Assembly: GCA_036679605.1 (NCBI GenBank)
Contig: JAZDCZ010000419.1
Span: forward strand, 1 to 64,000
DNA: 64,000 nt
Direction of reading: 5' to 3'
Origin: Gemmatimonadota bacterium
GTDB taxonomy: Bacteria; Gemmatimonadota; Gemmatimonadetes; Gemmatimonadales; GWC2-71-9
In this document: piece by piece, positions 39,376-49,546 of the stretch
Numbering within the stretch: position 1 is the stretch's first letter
How the letters are laid out: each line of letters starts with the position of its first letter
Notes under the pieces: model-generated
Told to the model about the DNA's origin: nothing
Database searches by the model: none
The model's input: only the letters and a program-made list of their open reading frames with translations
Made by a program: the position numbers and the translations under genes

Positions 39376-39723
39376 TTAGCGGCGGCGCTTGGACCTACTC
39401 GCCTTGCGCTTTGTCGCCTTCTTACGCTTGGGTGCCTTGCGCTTTGTCGCCTTCCTACGCTTGGTCGCCTTCTTACGCTTGGGTGCCTTGCGCTTTGTCG
39501 CCTTCCTACGCTTGGTCGCCTTCTTGCGCTTGGGTGCCTTGCGCTTGGTCGCCTTCTTACGCTTGGTTGCCTTGCGCTTGGTTGCCTTGCGCTTGGTTGC
39601 CTTGCGCTTGGTTGCCTTACGCCTGGTCGCCTTACGCTTGGTTGCCTTGCGCTTGGGTGCCTTGCGCTTGGTTGCCTTACGCTTGGTCGCCTTACGCTTC
39701 TTAGCCTTTCGCTTGGCTGCCAT
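39376..39723 (-). CDS. Histone H1-like / protamine-like basic repeat protein
   Basis: AGGAGG RBS before MAAKRK. 115 aa made almost entirely of KRKAT/KRKAP/KRKKAT units. Confidence 0.8.
   Translation of the reverse strand: MAAKRKAKKRKATKRKATKRKAPKRKATKRKATRRKATKRKATKRKATKRKATKRKKATKRKAPKRKKATKRRKATKRKAPKRKKATKRRKATKRKAPKRKKATKRKASRSKRRR
39400..39700 (-). repeat. 15/18-nt coding tandem repeat (AAGCGCAAGGCAACC-like) with a 51-nt higher-order unit
   Basis: ggttgccttgcgctt repeated on the plus strand. Confidence 0.9.
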
Positions 39724-39858
39724 GCTGGTCCTCCTGTGATAATACAACCCACCCGACGGGCGGGCCATGGTTACGAACGGCGCTCGTCGCCGTTCGGGCT
39801 CACTCCACTCCGCTGCTCACACAGTTCGCGTCCGTGTCTCTGAACCGCTCTCGCTTCG

Positions 39859-41208
39859 CTATACTGCCTCCGACACGGAAGTGAAGTGAAAATCACGCGC
39901 GATGAGGGGCGGAACTACTACCGGTGTACCCAAACCGCCGGATTCGGACGCCACCACTCGCACCGATGAACCTATCGCATGCAGATTATTCAACATTGCG
40001 ATTGGACTCTCGTTGAATCGCAAGTTGTTCACTGGCCTGGTAACCCTTCCGTCCTGGATAAGGAAAACACCATCGCGGGTAATGCCCGTGAACAACATCG
40101 TTCTCTGATCGACGGCCCGGATATACCAAAAACGCGTAACTAGAAGACCCTGATCGACCATCTGTATGAGGTCTTCGGTCGTGCCGCTACCACCAATCAG
40201 TTTCAATCCACCGGCAAGGGGTCTCGGATCTTTGTCTTGCCGGTCGGCCCAGAACCTCGTATAAGCCAAGCTGCTCAACACACCGTTCTCAATCCAACTC
40301 GTCTTACCAACGGGCTCGCCGTCCGAGGTAAACGGACGCGTCAGCAAATCGGGATCGGAAGAATCCGAGAACAGCGTTAACCGCTCATCAATCACCACAT
40401 CACCGGTCTTGGTACCTCCACCCTGTTGCGAGAAAAACGAACGACCTTCGTCTGCCGCGCGCGCATCGAGTGAGAAGCGAAGTAGCTGCACCAGATTGCC
40501 CACTGCTGTGGGCTCCAACACGACGGTATATGCCCCCGGGTTAATCGGCGAAGCCTCGGCGCTTTTTCGTGCCTTCTCTATAGCCTGCTCGGCCAGTTGG
40601 TCCCCCGGGATCATCTGCTCCCGATCGTTGTGTGTCGTCCCCGCCCACCCCGACCCCTTCCCATCGGCGGTTCGAACTGTGGTTGTAAAGGAGGCCAATG
40701 AGGATTTGTGGTAGGCAAACAATCCAGTCGTGTTAGCTGCCGAACTTGAGCCGGCCCGCTCTTGAATGAACCCTGTGGCTATGAGAGAGGCGGCATCCGC
40801 CGGATCGGCAACCGATTTCACCGCTTCAACACGCTGGCTCGCAGAAAAATCGCTGGTGGATGCGAAGAATGCTTGGTTTTCGTCATAAGACTGGGATCCA
40901 AGAAGCGGCATGCGCTCTGGATCGGAGGGCGCCACTTTCGCCAAGGACTCGGCCCGCGCGACAGCAACAGTAATGCCTTGATCGCTTAGGTCGTTGAATT
41001 CCACCGACCCGCTCCGTTGTCCATAGATCGCGGTGACCGTGGCCCGGGAGTCGATCGACTCTCCGGCGGTGGTGATCTGGTTTCGCGCGAACCTAGTGAA
41101 TCCGCTCGGCCCCGAAGAGAGGATCACCTGGGCTTCATCTGCCGCACTGCTCTCCAATATCTTGTCGGAAAGGGCACGCGCTTCCTCTCTCGTGAAGTAG
41201 TCGGCCAT
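39859..41208 (-). CDS. TldE/PmbA family protein (non-catalytic subunit)
   Basis: TRFARNQIT, YTVVLEPTAV, TGITRDG, NNLRFNES. No HExxxH motif. Confidence 0.9.
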   Translation of the reverse strand: MADYFTREEARALSDKILESSAADEAQVILSSGPSGFTRFARNQITTAGESIDSRATVTAIYGQRSGSVEFNDLSDQGITVAVARAESLAKVAPSDPERMPLLGSQSYDENQAFFASTSDFSASQRVEAVKSVADPADAASLIATGFIQERAGSSSAANTTGLFAYHKSSLASFTTTVRTADGKGSGWAGTTHNDREQMIPGDQLAEQAIEKARKSAEASPINPGAYTVVLEPTAVGNLVQLLRFSLDARAADEGRSFFSQQGGGTKTGDVVIDERLTLFSDSSDPDLLTRPFTSDGEPVGKTSWIENGVLSSLAYTRFWADRQDKDPRPLAGGLKLIGGSGTTEDLIQMVDQGLLVTRFWYIRAVDQRTMLFTGITRDGVFLIQDGRVTRPVNNLRFNESPIAMLNNLHAIGSSVRVVASESGGLGTPVVVPPLIARDFHFTSVSEAV

Positions 41209-41220
41209 TAACTCACTCGT

Positions 41221-42816
41221 TCAACGCGATGTGTTAATGACATCGACATTGCTGAACCGAGCCGGCGGACAACCGTGGCTCACCGCGTTAGCCTGTGTGG
41301 GCTGGCCTTTCCCATCTGTCGGGGTCCCCCCGAGGAAATATCCTCGCGGACCGCCCAGCATATCCATTGAGCGCCAAAAATCGAGGGTACGCCCCTGATA
41401 AGCTACATCTTTCAGCATGCCCACTATCTTGCCGCCGAGAACCTCATAGAACACTTGGCCCCCAAACTGAAAGTTGTAGCGTTGCTGATCGATGCTGTAC
41501 GAACCTCGACCTTTGATCACGATGCCGCGATCGGTGGCCTGGATCAAATCGGACAAGACTAGATCTTGTTCGCCGGGCACTAACGAGACGTTAGGCATGC
41601 GTTGAAACTGTACCGAGTCCCATGAGCTGGAATAGGAACAACCGTGAGATCGGAAGTTGTCTGTCAGATCAGAGATCCAGCCCACTTGCTCCCGCGTCGT
41701 CTGATAGTCCACGAAGGTGCCATCCTTCACAATCGGCCAACTGTCTGCCGGCACACCTTCGTCGTCCCATCCGGCGGTTGCGAGCGCGCCCAATTGTGTC
41801 CGGTCACCTTGAATGTTCATGAACTCAGGACCGTATTGGAGTTTTCCGATCATTTCCTCTGGAGGGGCTAGAAACGAGGTTCCTGCATAGTTCGCCTCGT
41901 ACCCCATAGCACGATCCAGTTCGGTCGGGTGACCGATGGTCTCATGGATAGTCAGGAATAGGTTTGTCGGATCGAGGATTAGATCGTATGGTCCCGCTTC
42001 CACCGACTTGGCCGACAGTTTCTGTACGGCTTCCTCGGCCCACTGGCCCGCTCTTCCTTCCAGATCAGACGACACCACATGCTCGTATCCTAGTCCCATC
42101 GCAGCTATTTCGGTGGACGATCGCGACTGAAAATCTGAACGATCTGACGCAACGGCCGTCACCGTCAGGAACGGTATTGATCGGTAGATCGTCTGCTCGA
42201 TAATGCTTCCTTCGGTCGACCCGAAAGTTTTCTCCTCACGCACGAAAGACATCGAAGAGTTGACGAATCTTGCTCCGCGGACCCTCAAGGCTTCCTCGTT
42301 GGCAGCTAGCAACAGCTCGATCTTGTCTTCGATGGGAACTTCAAACGGGTCGGTTTGAATTGGGCTGCGCCAAACACCATCCGGGAATCCGCTGACTGCG
42401 GCGAGAGATACAGGCCGCCGCATGGCTCCTTGATTGATCTTCGCCTGCTCTACCGCCAGCTTTGCTACTCGCTGGCATTCCGATCGATTCGTGTGCTTGC
42501 TCGCTACAAAACCCCACGCTCCCCCAACGAGCGCCCTGATGCCGAACCCAAGACTTTGGTTATCGCTCAACCCCGAGACACGGTTTCCCCGAGTCGACAC
42601 GGTCTGTCGGCGGACGTTCATGACACGGATATCAGCGTAGTCAGCTCCAGCTGTTCGCGCAGTGTCCAGGGCGACCAGACACAGTTCCTTTACCGCCGTG
42701 TCCGCGGTTCCTACAGTTGGACTGCCACCTATCGCAAGCTCTCCGCCAGGAGCAGCAGCTAACATAGCGGCTGCAAGCGAAGTGTCTTTCAGAAATTCGC
42801 GTCGTGTTATCGACAT
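41221..42816 (-). CDS. tldD: TldD family metalloprotease with twin-arginine signal
   Basis: TRREFLK, HETIGHPTELDR, GWDDEG, RMPNVSL, DGKGQP..VSHGCP. Confidence 0.9.
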   Translation of the reverse strand: MSITRREFLKDTSLAAAMLAAAPGGELAIGGSPTVGTADTAVKELCLVALDTARTAGADYADIRVMNVRRQTVSTRGNRVSGLSDNQSLGFGIRALVGGAWGFVASKHTNRSECQRVAKLAVEQAKINQGAMRRPVSLAAVSGFPDGVWRSPIQTDPFEVPIEDKIELLLAANEEALRVRGARFVNSSMSFVREEKTFGSTEGSIIEQTIYRSIPFLTVTAVASDRSDFQSRSSTEIAAMGLGYEHVVSSDLEGRAGQWAEEAVQKLSAKSVEAGPYDLILDPTNLFLTIHETIGHPTELDRAMGYEANYAGTSFLAPPEEMIGKLQYGPEFMNIQGDRTQLGALATAGWDDEGVPADSWPIVKDGTFVDYQTTREQVGWISDLTDNFRSHGCSYSSSWDSVQFQRMPNVSLVPGEQDLVLSDLIQATDRGIVIKGRGSYSIDQQRYNFQFGGQVFYEVLGGKIVGMLKDVAYQGRTLDFWRSMDMLGGPRGYFLGGTPTDGKGQPTQANAVSHGCPPARFSNVDVINTSR

Positions 42817-43052
42817 CTACATCAACCCATTGAACTCGTACATCGCTGCGAATATTATAGATAGCGATCGAACGCGCAATACTTTTTCGACGATCGACAC
42901 ATTACGAATTCAGATCCAGGAAGTATTTTGGTGCTGCGATCACCACAATAATTGCTCGTCATTGCAGCACACGAACTGCGGAATCAAATGTCTCCCGCCA
43001 TATTGCACTAGCGAACGAGCATAGATTCACGCTCATCAGGGAGACGTCATCA

Positions 43053-43844
43053 ATGGACTTGAAGATAGAGAATAGGGTAGCATTGGTTTGTGGGTCGTCG
43101 AGTGGATTGGGCCTCGCGATCGCAACTGCGCTGGCTGATGAAGGATGCAGAATCGCGATGAACGGCCGAGATAAGCCGAGACTAGATGAAGCCGTTGAGC
43201 AGGTAAGAAAGGGGACCGAGAAGGAAGTTGAGGGATTTCCGGCTGATGTTAGCGTACGCGATCGGGCAGAGCGGCTCGTCCGCGATGTGCACGGCCACTA
43301 CGGTTCTATCGATATATTGGTGTGCAACGCAGGAGGGCCGCCCAGTGCTCCATTTGCAACCACCCCGGAAGACGCCTGGCAGAAGGCCCTGGAACTCAAC
43401 CTACTCTCCACGGTTCACCTCTGTAGAGCCGCAGTCCCCTTAATGTCTGAGCAGGGATGGGGTCGAGTCGTGTGCCTCACTAGCGTAGCTGCTAAGGAGC
43501 CTTTGCCCGGACTCATTCTCTCGACGACTGCGCGTGCTGGTGTGCTGGGATTTGCGAAATCGTTGGCAGACGAGGTAGCCGTCAAAGGTATTACAGTTAA
43601 CTCGGTGTGCCCGGGGTACATGAGAACTGAGCGTGTAAATGATCTAGTAAACGAGCGCTCGCAAAACGAAGGTCGGCCGGGGACCGAGATTGTCGGTGAA
43701 CTGGTTGCCCGAATTCCGATGGATCGGATGGGCGATCCCAGTGAACTCGCTGCGGCGGTCGCTTTCCTCGCTTCCGAGCGAGCGAGTTACGTTACAGGCG
43801 TAGCGCTGCAAGTTGACGGTGGCTACATACGGGGGATTCTGTGA
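43053..43844 (+). CDS. SDR family oxidoreductase
   Basis: GSSSGLG, NAGGPP, VNSVCPG, VDGG. Confidence 0.92.
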   Translation: MDLKIENRVALVCGSSSGLGLAIATALADEGCRIAMNGRDKPRLDEAVEQVRKGTEKEVEGFPADVSVRDRAERLVRDVHGHYGSIDILVCNAGGPPSAPFATTPEDAWQKALELNLLSTVHLCRAAVPLMSEQGWGRVVCLTSVAAKEPLPGLILSTTARAGVLGFAKSLADEVAVKGITVNSVCPGYMRTERVNDLVNERSQNEGRPGTEIVGELVARIPMDRMGDPSELAAAVAFLASERASYVTGVALQVDGGYIRGIL

Positions 43845-43917
43845 CGCCGAAGACACAGATACAAGAAACCGATAGCACCGATACCCGACCGCCATGCTCG
43901 GTATTCCATAGACGTCC

Positions 43918-44955
43918 ATGAGAGCTATTGCAAAACGCAAACCGGAAGCCGGTCTCAATATCACCGACGTTCCGACTCCAGAGTGCGGTCCTTCGGATGT
44001 GTTGATTCACGTGCGGCATGCCGGTGTCTGTGGCACAGATTTGCACATCGCCGAGTGGGACGATTGGGCCCGTAGTCGGATTCGACCCCCGATCATCGTC
44101 GGACACGAGTTCGCCGGCGAGATCGTGGAGGTCGGCACGGACGTGAGATCGGAATTTCAGATCGGACAATTGGTAACCGCGGAAGGTCACATCGTATGCG
44201 GTCATTGCAGGCAATGCAGAACAGGGCACGGCCACATATGCCAACGGACTCAAATAATCGGAGTAGACAGGGACGGGGCGTTCGCCGAGTACATCGCAAT
44301 GCCGGCGCTCAACGTAATGCTCCTAAACGACATCCCAACTACAACGGGTGCCATCATGGATCCGCTTGGGAACGCATTTCACACAGTCCTTTCGGCCAAC
44401 ATCCCAGGCAGCACGGTCTTGGTCGTCGGATGCGGTCCGATCGGTTGCTTCGCCGTGGGAATCGCGCGGGCTGCTGGTGCGGCTCGGGTCATCGCATCTG
44501 ATATGAACCGATACAGGCTCGATCTGGCTCAGAAAATGGGCGCGCATTCTGTTATCGACCCCTCGTCGGAAGATGTCGTAGCGAAGGTGCTGGAAGAAAC
44601 GGCAGGCGAGGGTGCTGACCTGGTGTGCGAGATGTCAGGCCATCCGACGGCCCTTGCTCAGGCCTTCCAGACGGCTCGGCTCGGAGGAAGAGTTCATCTT
44701 CTAGGCCTGCCGAACGAGGCGGTACGGATCGATTTTGCGAATGACATCATTTTCAAGGGCCTTACCGTTTATGGTGTGATCGGACGCCGAATGTACGAGA
44801 CCTGGCATCAAATGCAGGCGTTCCTTTCGTCCGGCCTGCTCGACCCCACCCCGGTCATCACCCACCAGTTTCCACTCGAGTCGATCAATGACGGGCTTGA
44901 AATCATCAGATCGGGCGGGGCAGGAAAAGTGATTCTCGAAATAGGGAGTAGCTGA
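43918..44955 (+). CDS. tdh: L-threonine 3-dehydrogenase
   Basis: CGTDLHI, GHEFAG, EGHIVCGHCRQC, DPLGNA, GRRMYETW. Adjacent to kbl. Confidence 0.95.
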   Translation: MRAIAKRKPEAGLNITDVPTPECGPSDVLIHVRHAGVCGTDLHIAEWDDWARSRIRPPIIVGHEFAGEIVEVGTDVRSEFQIGQLVTAEGHIVCGHCRQCRTGHGHICQRTQIIGVDRDGAFAEYIAMPALNVMLLNDIPTTTGAIMDPLGNAFHTVLSANIPGSTVLVVGCGPIGCFAVGIARAAGAARVIASDMNRYRLDLAQKMGAHSVIDPSSEDVVAKVLEETAGEGADLVCEMSGHPTALAQAFQTARLGGRVHLLGLPNEAVRIDFANDIIFKGLTVYGVIGRRMYETWHQMQAFLSSGLLDPTPVITHQFPLESINDGLEIIRSGGAGKVILEIGSS

Positions 44956-46154
44956 TGAACACCGCGGTTGAAACTCGGCTCACTGAGGAGTTGCAGCAAT
45001 TCAAACGTGACGGGGTCTACAAGACGTTCAACTATCTCGATTCACCCCAACGGCCCTGCGTCAAAATGGAGGGTCGCGGTGATGTCATAATTCTCTCAAG
45101 CAACAACTATCTCGGCCTGTCCAACTTGCCCGAGGTGGTAGCCGGCGGCAAAGCAGCTCTCGACCGGTTTGGCGGAGGAACAGCCAGCGTCAGGTTTATC
45201 TGTGGGACATTTACGATCCACCGGGACGTGGAAGAGGCTCTCGCAAGTTTCGTCGGTACCGAAGCCGCATTGACGTATGTCTCCTGCTGGAACGCCAACG
45301 AGGGACTCTGCTCCACCCTGCTCTCTGCGGATGACATCGTTATCTCTGACGAACTGAACCACGCGTCGATCATTGACTCGATCCGCCTTGCCAAGAACAT
45401 CGTCAAGTGCCGGTCCGCTGTCTATCAACATTCTGATATGGACGATCTCGTGGTAAAGCTGAGGGCGGCAAAGAACCACCGCACGCGCGTGATCTTCACG
45501 GACGGCGTGTTCTCGATGGAGGGCGACATTGCCAGACTTGCCGAAATCGTCGCACTAGCCCGGAAACACGATGCCATGGTTGCCGTCGATGACTCACACG
45601 GAACCGGAGTTCTCGGAAAAACCGGCAGAGGAGCGGCTGAACACACGGGGGTCTTGGGTGAGATAGACATAATCACGTCCACCCTTGGGAAAGCCCTGGG
45701 AGGCGCTGCTGGAGGATTCACCGCCTCGTCATCGGCGCTCTGTGACTACTTGATGCAGCGCTCGCGCCCTCAACTTTTCTCGAACGCTCTTCCCTGCACC
45801 GTGGCGGGTAGTGCTCTCGCTGCTGTCAACTATCTCGAAGCTCATCCGGAACTGATAGAGACTCTCCGTGAGAACACCAAGTACTTCCGGACTCAACTGA
45901 AAGAACTGGGCCTAAAACCGCTGGACGGAGACACTCCGATCATCCCAGTGATACTCGGTGAAACGGCTAAAGCCATCGAGATGAGTCGTTTGTTGCTGGA
46001 CGAGGGGGTGTTCGTCACCGGATTCGGTTATCCCGTGGTGCCCAAAGGACAGGCCCGAGTTCGCTGCCAGATTTCGGCGGCGCACACCAGGGATCATCTG
46101 GATGAAGCGCTACGCGCCTTTAAAGTCGCCGGCCAACGGCTAGGACTGATCTGA
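44955..46154 (+). CDS. kbl: Glycine C-acetyltransferase (2-amino-3-ketobutyrate CoA ligase)
   Basis: SNNYLGL, SVRFICGT, LNHASIID, DDSHG, TLGKALGG, QRSRPQLFSN. Confidence 0.95.
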   Translation: MNTAVETRLTEELQQFKRDGVYKTFNYLDSPQRPCVKMEGRGDVIILSSNNYLGLSNLPEVVAGGKAALDRFGGGTASVRFICGTFTIHRDVEEALASFVGTEAALTYVSCWNANEGLCSTLLSADDIVISDELNHASIIDSIRLAKNIVKCRSAVYQHSDMDDLVVKLRAAKNHRTRVIFTDGVFSMEGDIARLAEIVALARKHDAMVAVDDSHGTGVLGKTGRGAAEHTGVLGEIDIITSTLGKALGGAAGGFTASSSALCDYLMQRSRPQLFSNALPCTVAGSALAAVNYLEAHPELIETLRENTKYFRTQLKELGLKPLDGDTPIIPVILGETAKAIEMSRLLLDEGVFVTGFGYPVVPKGQARVRCQISAAHTRDHLDEALRAFKVAGQRLGLI

Positions 46155-46606
46155 TTGGCATCGGGAAATCATCTATTCTCTAATAGTAGTAGATTCACGA
46201 TTAGTGGATTGAGGAAAACCAACTCCAAAGGCCGGATGTTTATTTCGACAGTGAGCCCTCACTCACTTATTGTCTCGGCATCCATGGCCGCTCTGGAGCT
46301 GAGATCTGACCCCTAGACACACACCCGTGGATTGGTTTCGATTGCTTGCGCCCCAGTACCCAACTTCAAGTAGTTTCGCGCCGTAATCACTTAACCTTCG
46401 TACTGGCAATGCCCTAGCAGAGGATCCTTCCACAAATTGGGGGTCGCGTTTTTTCCCTTGAAGCCCTATTTTCGTGAGGCCCATTCACGCAGCCTGCGAC
46501 ATCGGGCTGCGACTGTGAGCCAAACAGAGTACCGACTACACTATTTCACGGGCAACATAGGCCCAGCCGGGCCCGACCCAGCGTCGGGAGCCACTGATGG
46601 AGGTTA

Positions 46607-47272
46607 ATGCTAATGCGGAGACTGCCGGAAGTTTTCCTTTCCATTGTGCTATTGGCGATTGCCACCACACCCGCCTCCGCCCAAGACGACTCGTGGAAGA
46701 ACAAGTGGTATTGGGGAGCACAGGCAGGTGGCTTCCTTTACTCGACTCCTACCGTGAACGACGAGATTGCGATTGACATTGGCGGTCATTGGCTCATCAC
46801 CCGCGATCGGGTCGCACTCAACATCTCTGTTGATCAGCTGTTTTTCCAGGACAACAGCACGTCTTCCATCCCAGATGGGAGCACGCCCAGTGGAAGCCGT
46901 ATTGTAACCTTTAGCAAAGGCCGGCGCGTTCAGGCGGAACTGCTCGCCATTCCTACGAGCGGGCGTATTCAGATAATGGTGGGTGGGGGCTTTGCCATTC
47001 ATCAAATAACTGACGCTACGGCGCAAGGCACGTTTGCATCGCTGGCGCAGCAGAGCGCTGTGGCCCGCGTCGTCGGCGAACAAGACACCAAGGCGTTCGT
47101 GATATTCAGCGGCGCTGCACAGTATCGATTTGGAAGGTTGGCAGCGTTCGCCAAATACCAGTTCATGCCACAAGCCAAAGACTTCCTCATCACGAGCGAA
47201 ACGCATGTGCTAACTGGTGGGTTGAGGTACGCCTTAACCAGTTCGAGCGAGGAGATCAGCACAAAGAGATAG
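46607..47272 (+). CDS. Putative small outer-membrane beta-barrel protein
   Basis: GGAGG RBS, signal peptide, WYWGAQAG, terminal GGLRYAL strand. Confidence 0.7.
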   Translation: MLMRRLPEVFLSIVLLAIATTPASAQDDSWKNKWYWGAQAGGFLYSTPTVNDEIAIDIGGHWLITRDRVALNISVDQLFFQDNSTSSIPDGSTPSGSRIVTFSKGRRVQAELLAIPTSGRIQIMVGGGFAIHQITDATAQGTFASLAQQSAVARVVGEQDTKAFVIFSGAAQYRFGRLAAFAKYQFMPQAKDFLITSETHVLTGGLRYALTSSSEEISTKR

Positions 47273-47324
47273 CGCCGGCGCGAACCATCGGCTCTGTTGG
47301 TCTGCAAGAGAGCCCCTCAACTCA

Positions 47325-47903
47325 CTATTCCGCTGGGCGGGATAGCCAGGGCGATGACCGCTCCGCAAACCGAAGCGGCCAGTCCACCGCTTGAGAGATT
47401 CCTATTCGGGGACCGGCGTAGATCGCGAGTGCCTTGAGTTTGTCAGAGCGCAAAATTCGCACTCCACTGCGCTGTAGTGATTTTCCGTTCAGCGAGCCAT
47501 CGATTCCAAGTGCCTGGCACAAACGTGCCGGCCCCGAGCAGAGTCTGGTTTCATTTTGCGTCCGGCGCCTTCTTTTCATTGCCTCCAATCCTGCCAGCGG
47601 CTCGAGAGCACGTATGAGCACCGCGGAAGGGTAACCCTCAGCCTCGGTAACGGCATTGAAACACCAATGCATTCCATAGATGAAGTAGACGTATGAAGTA
47701 CCAGGCAGGCCAAACAGGGCGGAATTACGTTGCGTCTTGCGGTTCCCGTATCCGTGGGCCGCAGGGTCGTCGGGGCCGATGTAGCCCTCCACCTCCACTA
47801 TCCTCCCCGCAGTGCGGACACCCTCCAGCTTGGTCTCGAGAATACAACCGATCAGGTCGTTGGCTACTTCTACGGTGTCCCTTGAGTAGAAGCTCTTCGC
47901 CAG
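47325..47903 (-). CDS. mpg: DNA-3-methyladenine glycosylase (Mpg/AAG)
   Basis: FYSRDTVEVANDLIG, GRIVEVEGY, YVYFIYGMHWCFN, AVLIRALEP, GPARLCQAL, RIGI. Start uncertain (possibly CTG at 47903). Confidence 0.9.
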   Translation of the reverse strand: MAKSFYSRDTVEVANDLIGCILETKLEGVRTAGRIVEVEGYIGPDDPAAHGYGNRKTQRNSALFGLPGTSYVYFIYGMHWCFNAVTEAEGYPSAVLIRALEPLAGLEAMKRRRRTQNETRLCSGPARLCQALGIDGSLNGKSLQRSGVRILRSDKLKALAIYAGPRIGISQAVDWPLRFAERSSPWLSRPAE

Positions 47904-48007
47904 CGGTCCCTGCTTAACCGACTTCGTCGTTCTCCGAACTTCCTTTCACTGCACGTCTCAAAACACCCGTCACCTTTTGGAAGAATCCAGCCTCATCAGG
48001 TTGCTCG

Positions 48008-49546
48008 TCAAAGAGACCCCCTGGTCAAAGTCTCTTGCGAGCCCAGCTCAGCTTCTTTGCGGGAGTCCGCAGACTTGGCCAGAGGCGCCGCCCGCTTGGG
48101 CTTCGCCTCAGGAGTTGCATCGTTCTCTCCGTGGTCGCCCTGAACTCCTCGACGGAACCGCGGGTTGCGGCGGCCTGAAGATTTTGCCTTTGCCGGCACA
48201 TCTGCCGAGTCTTGGACCGACGATTCCTTAGTATCCCCTGGGCTCTTGGACGTACTTGAACTCTTGGTTCGACTTGCCGGTGGGCGCCTCTTGCGCACTG
48301 CCTTAGTGCCTTTGGCTGTCCGGCTCGCAGCCTTCCGTTTCGTCGGCTCGTCCGTAGAAGCAGCCTGTGAGGCCTTGCCCTTCTCTGACCTACTGTCCTT
48401 TTCAACAGCTGCTACGGCACTCAGCTTGAGTAGATAGTCCTCTGCATCGCTCTTAATGAGTTCTATGATGCCTGCGTCGTGTGCCTGGCGAAGAAATCGC
48501 TGGAACCGCGGATTCTCAAACATCGGATCTGATTTTTCACCGCGCAATGCCAGCATTTTCTCGTGCACCTGCACCAAGGTGGCCGAATCACCGCCAACGG
48601 CATTTAGCGCCAACAACCCTTGTTTCAATAGATCGAAGGATTCATTCAAAGTGAGGTCGGAAGACTCTTCTTTCTTCCGTGGGGATCGCCGACGCTTTGT
48701 CTTGGCCACTTTGGTGTTCGGCTCGCTCTTGCTCCCCTCCACCAATGCTTCTACCTCCGGCAACACATTTGCATTGGAGCCCAACTCAACCGAAAATTGA
48801 CCGTTATCCATCTTTTTCAAGGAGAGTAGTCCGCGTTGACCTGCTTCTGCCACAAATTTACTGAACCGATTGAATCCGGCGTCCTTTTCACTGAAGTTGG
48901 GATCTATGTTCTGCATAACCTGCTTCAGCCGGTCAGATCGCATGACGTCCCCACCTTTGATCATGCGTTGGGTCGCCTGCACTACCAGCTCCCAGGGATC
49001 CTGCCTGACGTAATCACCCTCGCCTTCCCTGGCCAAGCCGGTGAGTTCGCTGTAGCTGAAGTACTCGTCACAGTTTTGAATGAGCAAGTCACTTGACGAC
49101 TCCCGAATACCGACACCGATAACGTACTTACCGTACTCTTTCAACTTTAGAACAAGTGCGGAAAAATCTGAATCTCCTGACAGAAGAATGAACGTGCCGA
49201 TTTCTGGACGAGCGAACACGAGTTCCATCGCATCAATGGCAAGGCGGATATCTGTCGCATTCTTTTTATTGGCTCCAAACGCGGGAGCGAAGATGAGATC
49301 GATCGACGCTTCGGACAACGGTACAATGTACTGCGGGTAGCGACGCCAATCCGCATATGCACGTTGGACAGAGACTTTGCCTTTGATGATATCCGAGTTT
49401 AGCAGTTTGCGAAGTTGGTTCTGTAGGTCCGAACGGATTCCCATCGTCACGTTGTCAAAGTCGATCAACAGAGCCGCATGGACGGTCTCCCTCTGCGTGT
49501 CGCCGTGTTCCTCTCGACGCGTAGGTCTACCTAGTATGTCCTTCAA
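48008..49546 (-). CDS. NYN (LabA/DUF88) domain protein with OST-HTH/LOTUS domains and a basic disordered tail
   Basis: [45 protein letters not shown]. Confidence 0.88.
   Translation of the reverse strand: MKDILGRPTRREEHGDTQRETVHAALLIDFDNVTMGIRSDLQNQLRKLLNSDIIKGKVSVQRAYADWRRYPQYIVPLSEASIDLIFAPAFGANKKNATDIRLAIDAMELVFARPEIGTFILLSGDSDFSALVLKLKEYGKYVIGVGIRESSSDLLIQNCDEYFSYSELTGLAREGEGDYVRQDPWELVVQATQRMIKGGDVMRSDRLKQVMQNIDPNFSEKDAGFNRFSKFVAEAGQRGLLSLKKMDNGQFSVELGSNANVLPEVEALVEGSKSEPNTKVAKTKRRRSPRKKEESSDLTLNESFDLLKQGLLALNAVGGDSATLVQVHEKMLALRGEKSDPMFENPRFQRFLRQAHDAGIIELIKSDAEDYLLKLSAVAAVEKDSRSEKGKASQAASTDEPTKRKAASRTAKGTKAVRKRRPPASRTKSSSTSKSPGDTKESSVQDSADVPAKAKSSGRRNPRFRRGVQGDHGENDATPEAKPKRAAPLAKSADSRKEAELGSQETLTRGSL

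Noticed and set aside
39249..39843. Alternative-frame repeat ORFs (Cys/Leu-rich, AWLPC, RQPSA) or a CRISPR array
   Set aside because: These are shadows of the stop-free KRKAT repeat. Only the Lys/Arg frame has a strong RBS, and there are no unique spacers.
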